This document shows positions 11,050 to 25,118 of a DNA stretch of 64,000 nt, one piece after another. The DNA is taken from the NCBI GenBank assembly GCA_012295275.1, contig CM022676.1, positions 10,726,001 to 10,790,000 of the forward strand, read 5' to 3'. This DNA comes from Chrysomallon squamiferum (Eukaryota > Animalia > Mollusca). Position numbers and translations under genes: made by a program. Within the stretch, counting starts at the first letter, position 1; the number at the start of each line of letters is the position of its first letter. A model generated the notes under the pieces. The model did no database searches. It was not told the origin of the DNA and worked only from the letters and a program-made list of their open reading frames with translations.

Positions 11050-13393
11050 ATGGCTACAACATTCATTTCGTTAGGGATTACATTTTTTCTTTTGACCTAT
11101 TTTTCGATAATTGGTTTATCATCAGGTTAGTGAATGAGAATAGTTTATTTATTCTATTTAGAAGATTTCTCTAAATGATTTCTCTGTGTGTTTTTTTAAA
11201 TCTTTTTATTTATTTTTCTAAGTCGGATTTATTATGAACCTTAAAACCAGGGTCCCTAAAAAGCCGAGGCCCCCTAAACCCAAAACGGTTCCAACTTCAG
11301 TGCGCCTCAAAATGTGTGTCCCCTATTGCTGAAATTTATAGTTACTTGATAATGATGTATAACAAAATATTTCCAACTGCATTATTGCAGCTTGGCTAAT
11401 ACACAACAATCTATAACTCCATGCTTGAACGAACAGCTCAAAACTAAAAAGTAGAAAGGGTGTCTAAAAAGGAAAATTAGGATATTCCAACAAATTTGCT
11501 TCATCTCAGAAAATTGATAATTCTGATATTCCAAAAAAAAACGCGACGACAAGAATTTTCAACTGAAGTATCCATTTATTATGACTCCCCCCACCCCGTA
11601 CTGTTTACATCTGCATATAGGTCTTTCTATTATTTATTTATTTATTTATTTATTTTGGTAACGTTTGGTCGTGACGTAATCAAAGAAGCTAATTATTTAC
11701 TTATTTATTCATATATTTATATATTTTCCTTAATTAATTAATCATTTATTTACACATTTACTTAGTTATTCTTATATTTATTTATTTTCTTAATTAATTA
11801 TTTACGTATTTATTAATATTTTTATTTATGTTCTTAATTGTTTACGTTGTTTCTTCATATATAATTTATTTATTTTCTTAATTCATTATTTACGTATTTA
11901 TTCATATATTTATTTATGCTCTTAATTCATTATTTACTTACTTATTCATATGACAATTTACTATTCTTCATTAATAATTCTACTTACTTATTTGCTTACC
12001 TACCTACTTACTTACTTACCTACTCACTCTGTGATTTATGTTACGCATGAACAGGCTTAGCAAACACGACCATTTACTGCCTAGGAAAAGCTGTTAACAG
12101 TTCGGAGGCTTCCATCATATGTCTGGTGAGTGGCAAAATAGAATCAGGAATCGTTTTCATTCGTAAAACAAAGGAGGAGAAAGAGGTCGTCAAATGTAAT
12201 TACTTTAACACGTTCTGCACCTCAAAAGTGTCTGGGTATTCTGCGAAAATACGAAGAAACGTCATCAGACTTACGATTCAGAAATTTAGACCGGAAAAAG
12301 ACAGCGGCCTCTGGATATGCAGAGACGGTCCCACGCGCTCAATGGAGTCCATGTGCAGAAAATCATTAACGGGTGAGTTTTTGGTGCGTTCGTTTTTTTT
12401 TTTTTTTTTTTTGTGGTGTGTTAGAGGAAGTATTATTAGTGGTCGTTGTGGTACTGGTGGTGGTAGTGATGGATGTCGTAGTAGTAGTATTCGATGTAGT
12501 TTTATGTGTTAGTAATGGTGAATACGTTTGCTGACTGCCAGAGTAGTAGCAGTAGTGGTAATTGTAAAAGTTGTAGTAGCAGTAATAATCATAATAACAA
12601 CAACACAAATCTAAAAAGTTAACGTTTTCATTTAATTTTATATTTTTCCAACCGTGACCTTTCTTTTCGTAATAATTAAAAAAAACCAGAGTAAGTTTTT
12701 GACAAAAAAAACAAAAACAAAAAATCGAAAAAAAAAAGAGGAGAAGTTAACGTCTTCATTTAAGAATATTTTGAGTGTGTTTTGGCTCCAGTCACGTGAC
12801 CTGTGTTGTAATAAATTAAACAATTTTCACAGATCTCGATGCAGACGTAGGAGCTTTGCACTCCAGTTCCGGTGACCAGAAGCCTTCCATAATACTCCTA
12901 ATGACAGCCTCGTAAGATTATTTTCAACATTTCATCTTTTATTGCTTAAAATTTATTTTTCTTTTTTTTTTCTTCTTTTAGTTATTGTTATTTTTTAAAT
13001 TGGCTTATTTATTTGACTATTTCTTAGTTAGTCAATTAAATAACCAAATTTAAAAAAAAATAATAATAATAATAATTTTTGCATTCATTATCATCATCAT
13101 AATGATTATCGTGTATATATACACATAAACATATACACACACACACATATATATATATATACATTTTAATAGCTCTTAAAGCTTGCTGTTATTATTATCA
13201 TCGTCATCATCATCACCATTGTTACATTATTATTATTGTTACAGCTATTATAATTACTACATTTTTCATCATCATCATCATCATCACCATCATCATCAAT
13301 GTTATTAAAACCGTCACTGCCAGCAGTGTTAATTCTCGTTACTTCAGGTTTATTGGTACCATCTTCATAGAAACGCGTGTAGGAAAGACCTAG
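11050..13393 (+). CDS. Gene B: single V-like Ig domain protein with signal peptide and GPI-anchor-type C-terminus, about 172 aa
   Basis: Exons 11050-11125 (MATTFISLGITFFLLTYFSIIGLSS), 12055-12372 (Ig, 6 Cys, LTIQKF..DSGLWIC), 12833-12911 (phase 1-2) and 13348-13393, giving ...HSSSGDQKPSIILLMTASFIGTIFIETRVGKT*. The split tail architecture is the same as in D1/D2. Confidence 0.75.
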
Positions 13394-13713
13394 TCTGACG
13401 TCTGCTGTGACGTCACAGACAGTGGCCTCCGTTTCATACTTCTGACACAGGAAATTGTTTTTATTTACGCGTGACATATCGATTAATTCTAACTGTAATT
13501 AATAGTGAACGAGGTAAACGAATTTTTTGTTTGAAATAAATATATTTCAAAAACTTGAGCAGAAGGTGTTTTTTTTTGTTGGTGTCTGTATGTATTATTT
13601 GGCTGCCTACCTACTTATCGATCTAGATATGAATCTACCTACCTACCTGCCTGCATGCCAACCTGTCTAGCTACTTACCTATGTAGCTAATTACTGATCC
13701 TCTTAATTAACTG

Positions 13714-13762
<49 letters not shown>

Positions 13763-13865
13763 GAGTAAATAAATGATTAATTGATTAAGGAAAATAAATA
13801 AATATATTAATAAATAAGTAAATAACTAGGTACTTTGATTACGTCACGATCAAACGTCACCAAAA

Positions 13866-13901
<36 letters not shown>

Positions 13902-14017
13902 AGAAAGACCTATATGCAAATGCGAACAGTACGGAGGGGGTACATAATAAATGAATATTGAAAATTCTTGTCGTGTTTTTGTTTCTGGACATCACCAGAA
14001 ATCAATATTTCTGAGAT
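11502..14017. repeat. Inverted repeat pair (about 260-nt arms, 11502-11760 and 13757-14017) enclosing most of gene B
   Basis: For example ctgcatataggtctttctattattt...gtgacgtaatcaaag versus the reverse complement ctttgattacgtcac...tagaaagacctatatgca. Confidence 0.85.
12055..12372 (+). CDS. Gene B exon: V-like Ig domain with extra cysteines
   Basis: 318 nt, phase 1-1, aacag/gtgagt; GLANTTIYCLGKAVNSSEASIICLVSGKIESGIVFIRKTKEEKEVVKCNYFNTFCTSKVSGYSAKIRRNVIRLTIQKFRPEKDSGLWICRDGPTRSMESMCRKSLT. Confidence 0.85.
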
Positions 14018-14501
14018 ATAACTGCCTATATATATATATTTGGAGGATCAGTAATTAGCTACATAGGTATATACATACCAACCTACATGCCTAGATACCT
14101 GATTACTTATATATCAGCCTGTCTCTTTATGCAGTTTAGGATTTTTTAATATTCTCCGTCTTATGTACGTCTGATTAGACTCTGCACGTAGACAATATTC
14201 TGGAAAGCACTGGCGCAGGCGGACAAAGTCCAATCTCTTTATGGATGTCTGTTATTCTGTCTCTCTGTAGGTTTGTTTGTCTCTCTGCCTGTATCTTTGG
14301 GAACGGAATTTTTTAACTTTTTATAAAAATATCCCAGGTTGTTTTGTGTGTGTGTGTTATCAATGACAACAAGAAAGACACAGTAACAACAAAGACTGCA
14401 GGAGTTAGTTCCCTTCCGTTAGTGTTACTATTATTATATGCTACATATACATGTAGACAGACATACATCCCTTTACATATACATACACGGACAAAAACGT
14501 A

Positions 14502-14539
<38 letters not shown>

Positions 14540-14707
14540 ATATATATACATACAAATAAACATGCACAGACACATACTTATGTCTTTTTGTATTAAAACA
14601 ACACCAACAACAACAATAACCAAAAAAAAAAAAAAAAAAAAAAAAAACAACAACAACAACATTTATTTGAATGTTTTATTGGTAAATACTACAACAACTA
14701 CTACCAT

Positions 14708-14745
<38 letters not shown>

Positions 14746-15110
14746 ATAATAATAATAATAGTAAAAACAACAATAACACTAATAATGCCAATAATAAATA
14801 AATAAACAAAATATAAAAAATTAAAGATAAATAAAAAATCGTTAACATTGTCATTAATGAAGATTGATTTGGTGCACGACTTTTCGTGGTAACACAAGTA
14901 ACGTAATACTCTGACATAGTTTAAAACCTTTGCAGAACAGCGGATATTACGATGTTTAACAGAAATAATAATAAAAAATCGTTAAAGTTCGTTACTTTTG
15001 GGTCATTCAGTGTAAACCAAGAAGAAAAGTAGAAAAGGGATTATGTCTGATAAATAACCATGTTCTAATTAGTTTATGCCAGGATAGGAAAATAATTAAA
15101 TTGATTTCTG

Positions 15111-15166
<56 letters not shown>

Positions 15167-15192
15167 AATCTCTCTAATAATACCAAAGCAAC

Positions 15193-15230
<38 letters not shown>

Positions 15231-15260
15231 AATAATAATAATAATACCAAAACTAAAAAT

Positions 15261-15340
<80 letters not shown>

Positions 15341-15376
15341 AATAATAATAATAATAATACCAAAAGCAACAAAAAT

Positions 15377-15455
<79 letters not shown>

Positions 15456-15657
15456 TAAATCGTGACAAATTAGATGGGATTATAGAAATCTGTCCTACTC
15501 ATGTAAACAGCGATTTAATTAGGCTGTCTTGAAAAAAAGAACAAAAAAAAAAAAAAAAATCCTTCGCTTCGTGTAACAGAAAGAATGAAAAAAAAAAAAA
15601 TTATATTTTCATATTCTCAAATTAACGTCGGATGTCGAGACCACGGGACTTAATTCC

Positions 15658-15671
15658 GTTGCCACGGCAAC
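15658..15671. promoter_or_regulatory. RFX X-box motif in a GC-rich island (CCAAT and E-box nearby)
   Basis: GTTGCCACGGCAAC matches the X-box consensus; ccgattgg at about 15773 and cacgtg at about 15838. Confidence 0.55.
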
Positions 15672-16130
15672 CGACAAACAATGAACGATTAATGGACACA
15701 AATGTAACACGCTTTATAGGGTAGGTAATTCTGAAAATAGTGCCTGTCATTTTCCTTCGATTTTATTTCTGGCCGATTGGTGTTGACACGCCCGTGGGGT
15801 TCTGTCCGTCACAATTAATGACACCGCCCAGCGCGTGCACGTGATGCTGGTCTGGCGGGACGACATTTTATAGCGCGGACATTTAATACATTAATGGAGC
15901 CGAAAGATCGGATCGGCCGTCTGGTAGGCGCGTGCAACAACAGCTAAAACCATGACGACGACAATAACAACAAGAACAACAAGAACAACAATAATACTAC
16001 TACTACTACTAATAATAACAACAACGACAATAATAATAATAACAATAATAATAATAATAAAACAACAACAACAATAATAATAACAATAATAATAACAACA
16101 ATAATAATAATAACAACAATAACAATAATA

Positions 16131-16161
<31 letters not shown>

Positions 16162-16414
16162 TACAACACCAAAAACTACAACAATAATAAGGTAATACGA
16201 ATAAATATAAATAAATAAATAGAACACCCAGAAAACAAAACAAACATTATCAATAACAAGGAAACAACAAATGCTGCAGCTACAACCATACAAAGACGAC
16301 GTTCTGAAATCATTTCCTTTTTTTTTCTTCAAGTTTCCGTTCAGTTTTAGAATCACTCAACTGCAGTATTAATTTTGTTAAATAAATAAATAAAATATAA
16401 AACTACGGAAAACA

Positions 16415-16451
<37 letters not shown>

Positions 16452-16718
16452 AAAAAAATTAAACAAAATACGGAAATATGGTGAATACTAAAAGAAAAAG
16501 AAAACACACAAAAAAAAAAACAGGTCCGTGCGTATATAATTAGTATAATATAGTTTATAATAATATAATATATATAATATAATACAATATAATATAATAT
16601 AATATAGTATAATATAATATATAATGTAATGTAAGTTAACGTAACGTAATGTAATATAATACTACAGAAAAAGAATTTAATAAAGTTTATTTTATCACAA
16701 TTTCACCTATTTCGACTG

Positions 16719-16754
<36 letters not shown>

Positions 16755-16993
16755 TACTGAGTGTCTGATTTCTAAAGTATTTTAAATTATCTCTTTTATT
16801 TACTTTTGTATTTTTTCTTAAAGATACTTCTGCCTACAAGAGCGATGTAAAAAAAAAAAAAAAAATTGCGTGAAGCAGACGACATATCCGCGAATAGATC
16901 GTTAAAATCCATCAGAAACATTTACAACACTGAACAGCGCGCGCCTGTCTCGATAAACGTAAGCGCCTTTGAGTGCACTGGCTAATAAAATAT

Positions 16994-17036
16994 GTTGCTA
17001 GGCAACATAAAAATATTTTCCAGTTTCCATGGTAAC
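16994..17036. promoter_or_regulatory. Tandem pair of RFX X-box motifs
   Basis: GTTGCTAGGCAAC (16994-17006) and GTTTCCATGGTAAC (17023-17036). Confidence 0.55.
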
Positions 17037-17274
17037 CATCAAAACAGCAGTCGTGTTTCTGGAGTCTATGGCTTTATTGTTGGCATAAGTATGATTGATT
17101 TGTTACGATTATTATTATTGATTATAGTAAATAATAATAATAATAATTATTATTATGTTTATATTGTTATTAATATAAGATAAAGGAGTGTGAGAAACAA
17201 AGAAAAAAAAATTAAAGGAAAGTGAGAGTATGAGAGAACAACAGAGAAGGAAAAAGAAAGATACTGAGAAATAG

Positions 17275-17325
<51 letters not shown>

Positions 17326-17411
17326 CTATAGAATATAAAGATAGGAAGAAAAATGTGGAAATAAAAAGAAATGAACTAAAAAAGACACACAGACATACAC
17401 TCATACATGCA

Positions 17412-17466
<55 letters not shown>

Positions 17467-17561
17467 AAATCAAGGTGTATGGAAGAAAATGGCTTCGTTT
17501 ATTTAACGCAAAAAAAAAAAAAAAAAAAAAAAAAATTCTTTATTATTAAATCGCGTCGTAA

Positions 17562-17605
<44 letters not shown>

Positions 17606-18746
17606 TAATTTTAAAAAAATCCTTTAACCGACACTTTCATTCATTTGTTTATTAATTACTCTATTTATTTACGTATTTATTTATTTATTTATTTATTTAT
17701 TATTCCCACAACCACCCACCGCTCCGAAAAACAAAAGCAGGACAACAAAACGAAGGGATACCGTACACAGTCGATCACACGGAAAGATAATAAACAATGC
17801 ACTATTTTTTCCCATTTTTTTATTTATTTATTTTTTTTTATTTTTTATTTTTTATGTCTCGCGAAACAAATAAACATGTTCAATCCGTTGGTGCTATTTC
17901 CTGTTTTGTCGCTGTAAATAATTAACTACTTCCGAATTGATTTTCGTTTATTCGTCCTTGACATTCGGCAGAAGAACGACAGATGGTATATTGTTTGTGC
18001 GGACCGAGAAGGTCAACACTAATGATAAATAAGTAATTAGATAAATAAAACTGCATTCAAATAATAGTAATAATAATGAAACAAAACAAAGCATAAGCTA
18101 AAACTAAATAAATATTACATGAATATTACATGAATATGTATATATAAATAAAAATAAAAATAAAGGAATATAATAAAATAATAAAATGTTTGTCATTGTG
18201 TTTATTGAGTTTTGTACCGTTCCAACCAGTGCTCCAACCAATGATAAAAGCGTTAAGATAAATTCATATATATATATATTTTCTTTTACCGACACTACTT
18301 TTCACAATTATCGCCTCCTTTAACACTGTACGTTAACAGTACAGACAAAATAAGATAAATAAATAAGTAGATTGCTGAATAAATAATTAAGATAGTAGCT
18401 TTTCTCTTTTGTAAAGCCCAACAGAGCAATGCAAAGCTTTTGATGATTGGCAACTTGAGTTTTGTTTTTTGTTTTTATTTCGTAGAAGCGTGTTGTATTT
18501 TGGATTGATTATTGTTTTTCTGTGTTTTTATTATCATTATTATTATTCTTCTCTTTTGTTGCTGTTTTTTTTTTAGAATCATTATTTTTCTTTGTTTGAT
18601 TTTCTTGATTTTTTGTTTTTTGTTTGTTTTTAAAGCATATCTTAAATGAACTGTAAAGAAAATGACTAATAATTTACGTGTCATATATATCAGTTTACTG
18701 ATAGGCGTGGGTATGTGTATGTGTGTATATTTTATACATACATAAA

Positions 18747-18837
<91 letters not shown>

Positions 18838-19596
18838 TGTTCCAAAGGAATTTAAATGAATATCAAAATATATAAACGTACCAATAATTAGCAATAACTA
18901 ACTAATTAATTTAATAAATAAATTAATTAAATAATTACCAAAGAAAATATTAGAAAACAAATACTAAGTACCTCACTAAACTGAAATAAAAAAAATAAAT
19001 AAATAAATAAATAAATAAACAAGTAAAATAAAAAGTAAACTAAATAAATAAGTAATAAATAAAATGCTAATAAATAAATATAAATAAATAAACTAAGAAA
19101 TAAATAAATGAATAGATATAAATAAATAAACAAAACCAAATAAATAAATAAATAATATAAATAAACAAACAAATAAATAAATGAACGAACAAACGAACCA
19201 ACGAAAGAACAAATACATAAATAAGCAATCAAATTAGTAAGTAAGTTACTAAGTAAATAAATAAATAAGTAAGTAAGTAACTATGTAAGTAAGTAAATAA
19301 AGAACTAAACACATGAAAATGAATAAAATGAATACAATAATTCTATTACACAAGATCAAACAAAAAACAGAACACTTTTCACCGCCATTTAAACAGTTTT
19401 TATTACTTACGGGTTTTCGCAGTAAACAAATACATCATATGACAATTATAACAAATACAGGTATATAAGAAAACAAAACAGAATCACAGACATATATATT
19501 ATATTAAAAGTGTATTTACCCTATGTTCCTAGAAAATATTCTAGGAACAATCGTCGGTTAGAAAAGTGATTGTTACTACGTGTATATATATATATG

Positions 19597-19660
<64 letters not shown>

Positions 19661-20593
19661 TATATGATTGTACCTCGCACAAAATTTGGTTTAAAATGAC
19701 CGCAAAACAGGCACGTTTATTAAACAATTTCTTTGTCCATAATGAAATACATTTCTATGAGTGTATACAAACAGCATATCGGAAAGACAAACAGTATGAT
19801 AGACAGAAATAAAATAATAAAAATTATATACATACATATATACATATATAAATAGATAGATATATAGACAGACAGATAGATAGAGAGACAATATATAGAA
19901 AGATAGATAGAAATAGTAAATAAGTATATTTATTTACAAATATATGGAGATAATTTTATTTTGATATAAAAGCACCCCGTTTCACTAATGTAAGATAATA
20001 AAGAAAATATTACATACAACAAACACTTTGAAGAACCGGAAGTGGTATTTGTGGCAACATGCCAAAAAGCACCTAACAATTACGTAAAATGAAGTATATA
20101 AACAATAAGCTGCCTTAGAAACAATTAGATATGAATAATAATAATAAAAAAGATTATATATATAAAACATACGTATATTATGATTTAAATAAAATCGTCA
20201 CAGAATTAAAAGTTTATATAGGATTACTGAAAACAATGCAGAGTCGCAGACTGATTTTATTTGTTTATTTACAACAACAACAACAACAACAACAACAATA
20301 ATAATAATAATAATAACAGTTATAAGAATAATAATAATAGTAATACAATACTACAAATACACACACAATACTCTCATAAATGTAAAAAAATAATTAAAAA
20401 AAATAAAATAAAAATAAAATAATAATAATAATAATGATGATAATAATAATAATAATAATAATAATAACTAACAACAACAACAACAATAATTAATAATTAA
20501 TAAGAGTGATGTTGAAAAATACTCTGATGGGAGCGAAACAGGAAGGAACAGACAGAAAGAGAGAAATAGGGATATATGTTTGTGTGTGTTTGT

Positions 20594-20694
<101 letters not shown>

Positions 20695-20889
20695 AAATCT
20701 TCTTAAAATATTAACAGGATGCGATCCCGAAGTCTACAAAAAAATGTAGCCTGAGGCTCAACCATTCTGTGTGGATAACTGATTGTCAGTGATTATCAAT
20801 AATTCACAAAATAAACAAATAAGACTTCACTTTGCCGTCATTATTTATTTTTGTAATATATGTCTTAGTAACAGTACGTTTATGGTTTA

Positions 20890-20926
<37 letters not shown>

Positions 20927-21399
20927 ATTATTATTATTGTTGTTGTTGTTGTTGTTGTTATTATTATTATTATATATTATTATCATATTCATTGTTATTA
21001 TTCTTATAATTATAACTGTTGTTGTTGTTATTATTTTTGATAGTAAAACCACTGCTACTATTATTGTTACTACTACTACTTCTAGCACAGCTTATATTAT
21101 TATTTTACTATTATTATTATTAGTAGTAGTAGCAGTAGTATTACTAATAGTAAGTAAGATTAGTAGTAAGAGGAAGAGGGTGGTATAGTAATAGTAATAG
21201 TAGCAGTAGTAGTGGTTGTTTTTCTGTATGGTAGTAACTAGTAGTAGCAGTGGTAGCAACAGTAGAGATAGTTTTAGTAATAGTTATAGTAGTAATAGTC
21301 GTAGTAGTAGTAGTAGTCATAGTCTATCATTAGTACTCGCTGTGATATTTCTACTACTAGTACATTTAATTACAACTACCACTTCTATTACTTTTTCGC

Positions 21400-21607
21400 T
21401 ACTACTACTTCGACTACTATAGTGCTGCTTTTACTACTTCGACTACTATAGTGCTGTTGGTACTACTACTACTTCGACTACTATAGTGCTGCTGGTACTA
21501 CTACTACTTCGACTACTATAGTGCTGTTGGTACTACTACTACTTCGACTACTATAGTGCTGTTGGTACTACTACTACTTCGACTACTATAGTGCTGTTGG
21601 TACTACT
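21400..21607. repeat. 35-nt minisatellite, about 6 copies
   Basis: Unit tactactactacttcgactactatagtgctgttgg at 21461, 21496, 21531 and 21566, plus partial upstream copies. Confidence 0.9.
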
Positions 21608-22561
21608 GCTACAGCTACCACCTATACTACTTTTACATTATTCCTGGGTTTTATTAAATACTGCTGTTGCCAAATACTACTAACATTATCAGTCTTATAA
21701 CCGTTATATCTGTTATTTGAACTATTAAAAGAGATAAAATAAAATAAAATAATAATACGACGAGAATACTAAAGAAAAAATAGAAAAGTAAACACTGAAA
21801 GAAAGAAAAAGACATTATGAAACGAAAAGAAATTAAAAAGGAAGAAAGAAAGAAAAAAAATTAATAGAAAAATAATAAAATAAAATAAAGTAAGAAAATG
21901 AAAATAACAGAAAAGAAGGAAAAAACAACAACAACAAAAAAAAAAACATCCCGATAAATAGAAAGAAAAGAAAGGAAAGAAAAAAAAATAATAAAAAAAA
22001 AATAAAACTAAAACTGACTGGCGACGCGGTCGTATATTAACAACTGAACTGTTTAGAATGAGCGCAGCGACAGTCAAGTGTTTGGTTTACTGTGCTATCT
22101 CTTCTCTTGGTAAGCAAACTGTTTTTATCAGTTCTTTTGATGCTGAAAAAGCAATCAATTTGTGTGTCGTGTTTGAAAACAGCTATCACCACTATGCCCC
22201 TATCATGCGGAACGAGCTCTTTACATTTTTTTTTTTTTTTTTTTTTTTTTTTTCTTCTCTCCGAGATAGTGTTACATTCGACTACACGTAGGTCCCGGGT
22301 AATCAATCATTGAAAGCGACTCGAGGAAGCGTGTTTTTGCGAGATTCCGCGATAATGAATCAATTTTGGGAATAGAAAAATTAACTCGTCGTAAAATATA
22401 TTAATGGGTTTCAGTTTGATTTGGTAATAAAGAAAGAAAACAACCCCCACCCCAAAAAAAAAAAAAATATATATATATATACGTAGGAAAAATGATTGAT
22501 GACAAGAATTAAAAAAAATTACATTTTTGTTAAGTGGCTTTTCGAGAGAAGATACATAATG

Positions 22562-22641
<80 letters not shown>

Positions 22642-22687
22642 GCATAATAGTAATAGTAAGTTTAGAAATAGCAGCAGTATTAGTATC

Positions 22688-22727
<40 letters not shown>

Positions 22728-23093
22728 ACGATAGTAGTAGTAGAGTAATGGTAGTAGTAGTACTAACTGTAGTAGCAATACACTATTAGTAGCAGTAGTA
22801 ATAGTCAGGGTAATTTTTGTTTATTTTACTCAAACTCTGAAAACATTTTGAAAAATTCTACCGAAGTATTTAGTTATTTATTTATTTTTGTTGATGATGT
22901 TATCGTTATTATTATTTGTTCATCATTTCTTGAGATGCAGTGATAAAGCGAAATAGCAAAAAAAACCCACGTACATCCTAAATACACTGTTGTACTATTA
23001 TATAATTATAATTAAAAGTATGTAAAATATATTCAGTTATTTGTACGTAAAACGTACACTTTAATAGTCGATTTTGTAGTTACTATTTCTATA

Positions 23094-23149
<56 letters not shown>

Positions 23150-23203
23150 GTATGTGTCTCTCTCTCTCTCTCTCTCAATGCACTTGCAAGTACGTATGTG
23201 TAC

Positions 23204-23243
<40 letters not shown>

Positions 23244-23555
23244 ATTACTCTCCTTCCTAGAAACTAAGTATTTGTATTAAACGCATGCAATATTAACATG
23301 GAACCAAAAATAAACAGCTTGAAATACCTTTTAGCATTGTGAGCATTTATCAATAAAGTGAATATTGGAAATTTTAACAGGAACAAACCGCTCTGTTCTG
23401 CGCGCGTATTGTCATTGCTGTTAACATAGAAACAATTTCTAGGATAAATATTTACTTCATCGCCTGGTATGTTTTACATAGCGAGTCGAGTTTGAACAAA
23501 AGAGATGAAGTTAAATTGACGTGCAAGACAGCGGACAAAAAAATCCTCAAGAAAT

Positions 23556-23600
<45 letters not shown>

Positions 23601-23777
23601 CAGATAGATAGACAGGGGGTCCAGAAAACTATTGGTAGTTTAGCGAATATAATTAAATATTGGTATAGATGGTTGAAGGCCAAAAGGAGGCATTTGCTTT
23701 ATTGTCAAAAAAATAATAATAATAAAAAAAAAAATAAAAAAATAAATAAAATAAAATAAAATAAATAAAAATAAATA

Positions 23778-23837
<60 letters not shown>

Positions 23838-24160
23838 AATAAATAAATAGTTAAATGAAAGAAAGAAAACTTATCGAAAAGATTAAAAAAAACTGAAAGA
23901 AAAGAAAAATCGATCCGAAAATTGTAATAGTATATTATAGAAATAGAAATAAATAATTAAAAAACAAAAAACAAGAACTAACAAATAAAAAAAGAAGAAA
24001 AAATCATTGTTTTTGTGGAACTACGTTTATATGGAAATTTGTTTTCTACGTCTGCAGATTCAGTTGTTTAAAGAACATTTTACATAACTCAGACCAGTAT
24101 TTTACAACAATCAGAAACAGACATGACAAAAATAATATAAGAATATCCTTATATACTGTT

Positions 24161-24215
<55 letters not shown>

Positions 24216-24483
24216 CGATCGACGAATAAATGACTGAAGAAAGCCATGCTTCGGAATTGGGGATAAAAAGAATAAATAAGAAATGACATAAATAACAACA
24301 GGTTTACTTTATGATGAAATACTAAAGAAAATTTCAAATTGGCCGTGAAAAACAAAAATGCAACGAGAATGCAGATATGCATACATTATTTATGGAGATG
24401 TACTATTCTGCCTTTATAGCTACCATTGTCGCTAAATAAAAATTATCTTTCTTTATTTGGAAAATATTTGCTGGGTTTCTTCT

Positions 24484-24514
<31 letters not shown>

Positions 24515-25083
24515 CTTTTTGGTAGATGAAACAGAAATAGTTTTAAGAATGCGAAGCGATTTAAGACACAAACATTTCACAGCACCCGTTAAAAAAGAAA
24601 AAGAAAAAGAAAATTATGTCGCCGAGCGATTAAATACATCACGTGACCTAACGGCGGACTTGGAATAATCTGGAGCTTAACCTTTTCAAACGGCTGACTC
24701 CACTGAAATTTCATAATACATTCCTGTCATCTATGTTTATTTATATTATGATGAATGAGTTAAAACGGCAATAATTTATAATTTCAATGTGAAATGGGAG
24801 TATACTTTATTATTATTATTTTTTTTTTTTTTTAGTTTTCGTATCATCGAGATAATATGACACCATCGCTAAGAATCGCTGGCTAAAACACGTTGTCAGT
24901 ATAATTGATTATATAAGTTGTTAATTAATTATATAAGGAGTATCTTGTGGATCGACAAAAAAATAGATACCGCACTCGAACCGAGTGTTTGTACTTGTTG
25001 AATTTGTGACTGTTTGTATTTTGAAGGTTATAACTGTAAGTTAGGTAAACAGACACATATAACTACACACACAGAACCAAAAA

Positions 25084-25118
<35 letters not shown>

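Noticed and set aside
21400-21607. 35-nt repeats as a CRISPR array or mucin-like exon
   Set aside because: There are no spacers, the unit length is not a multiple of 3, and it contains TAG stops.
24526-24668. Open frame DETEIVLRMRSDL...DLE* after a poly-T acceptor as partner of the 22058 leader exon
   Set aside because: It has no recognisable domain and is A-rich low complexity; a chance frame cannot be excluded.
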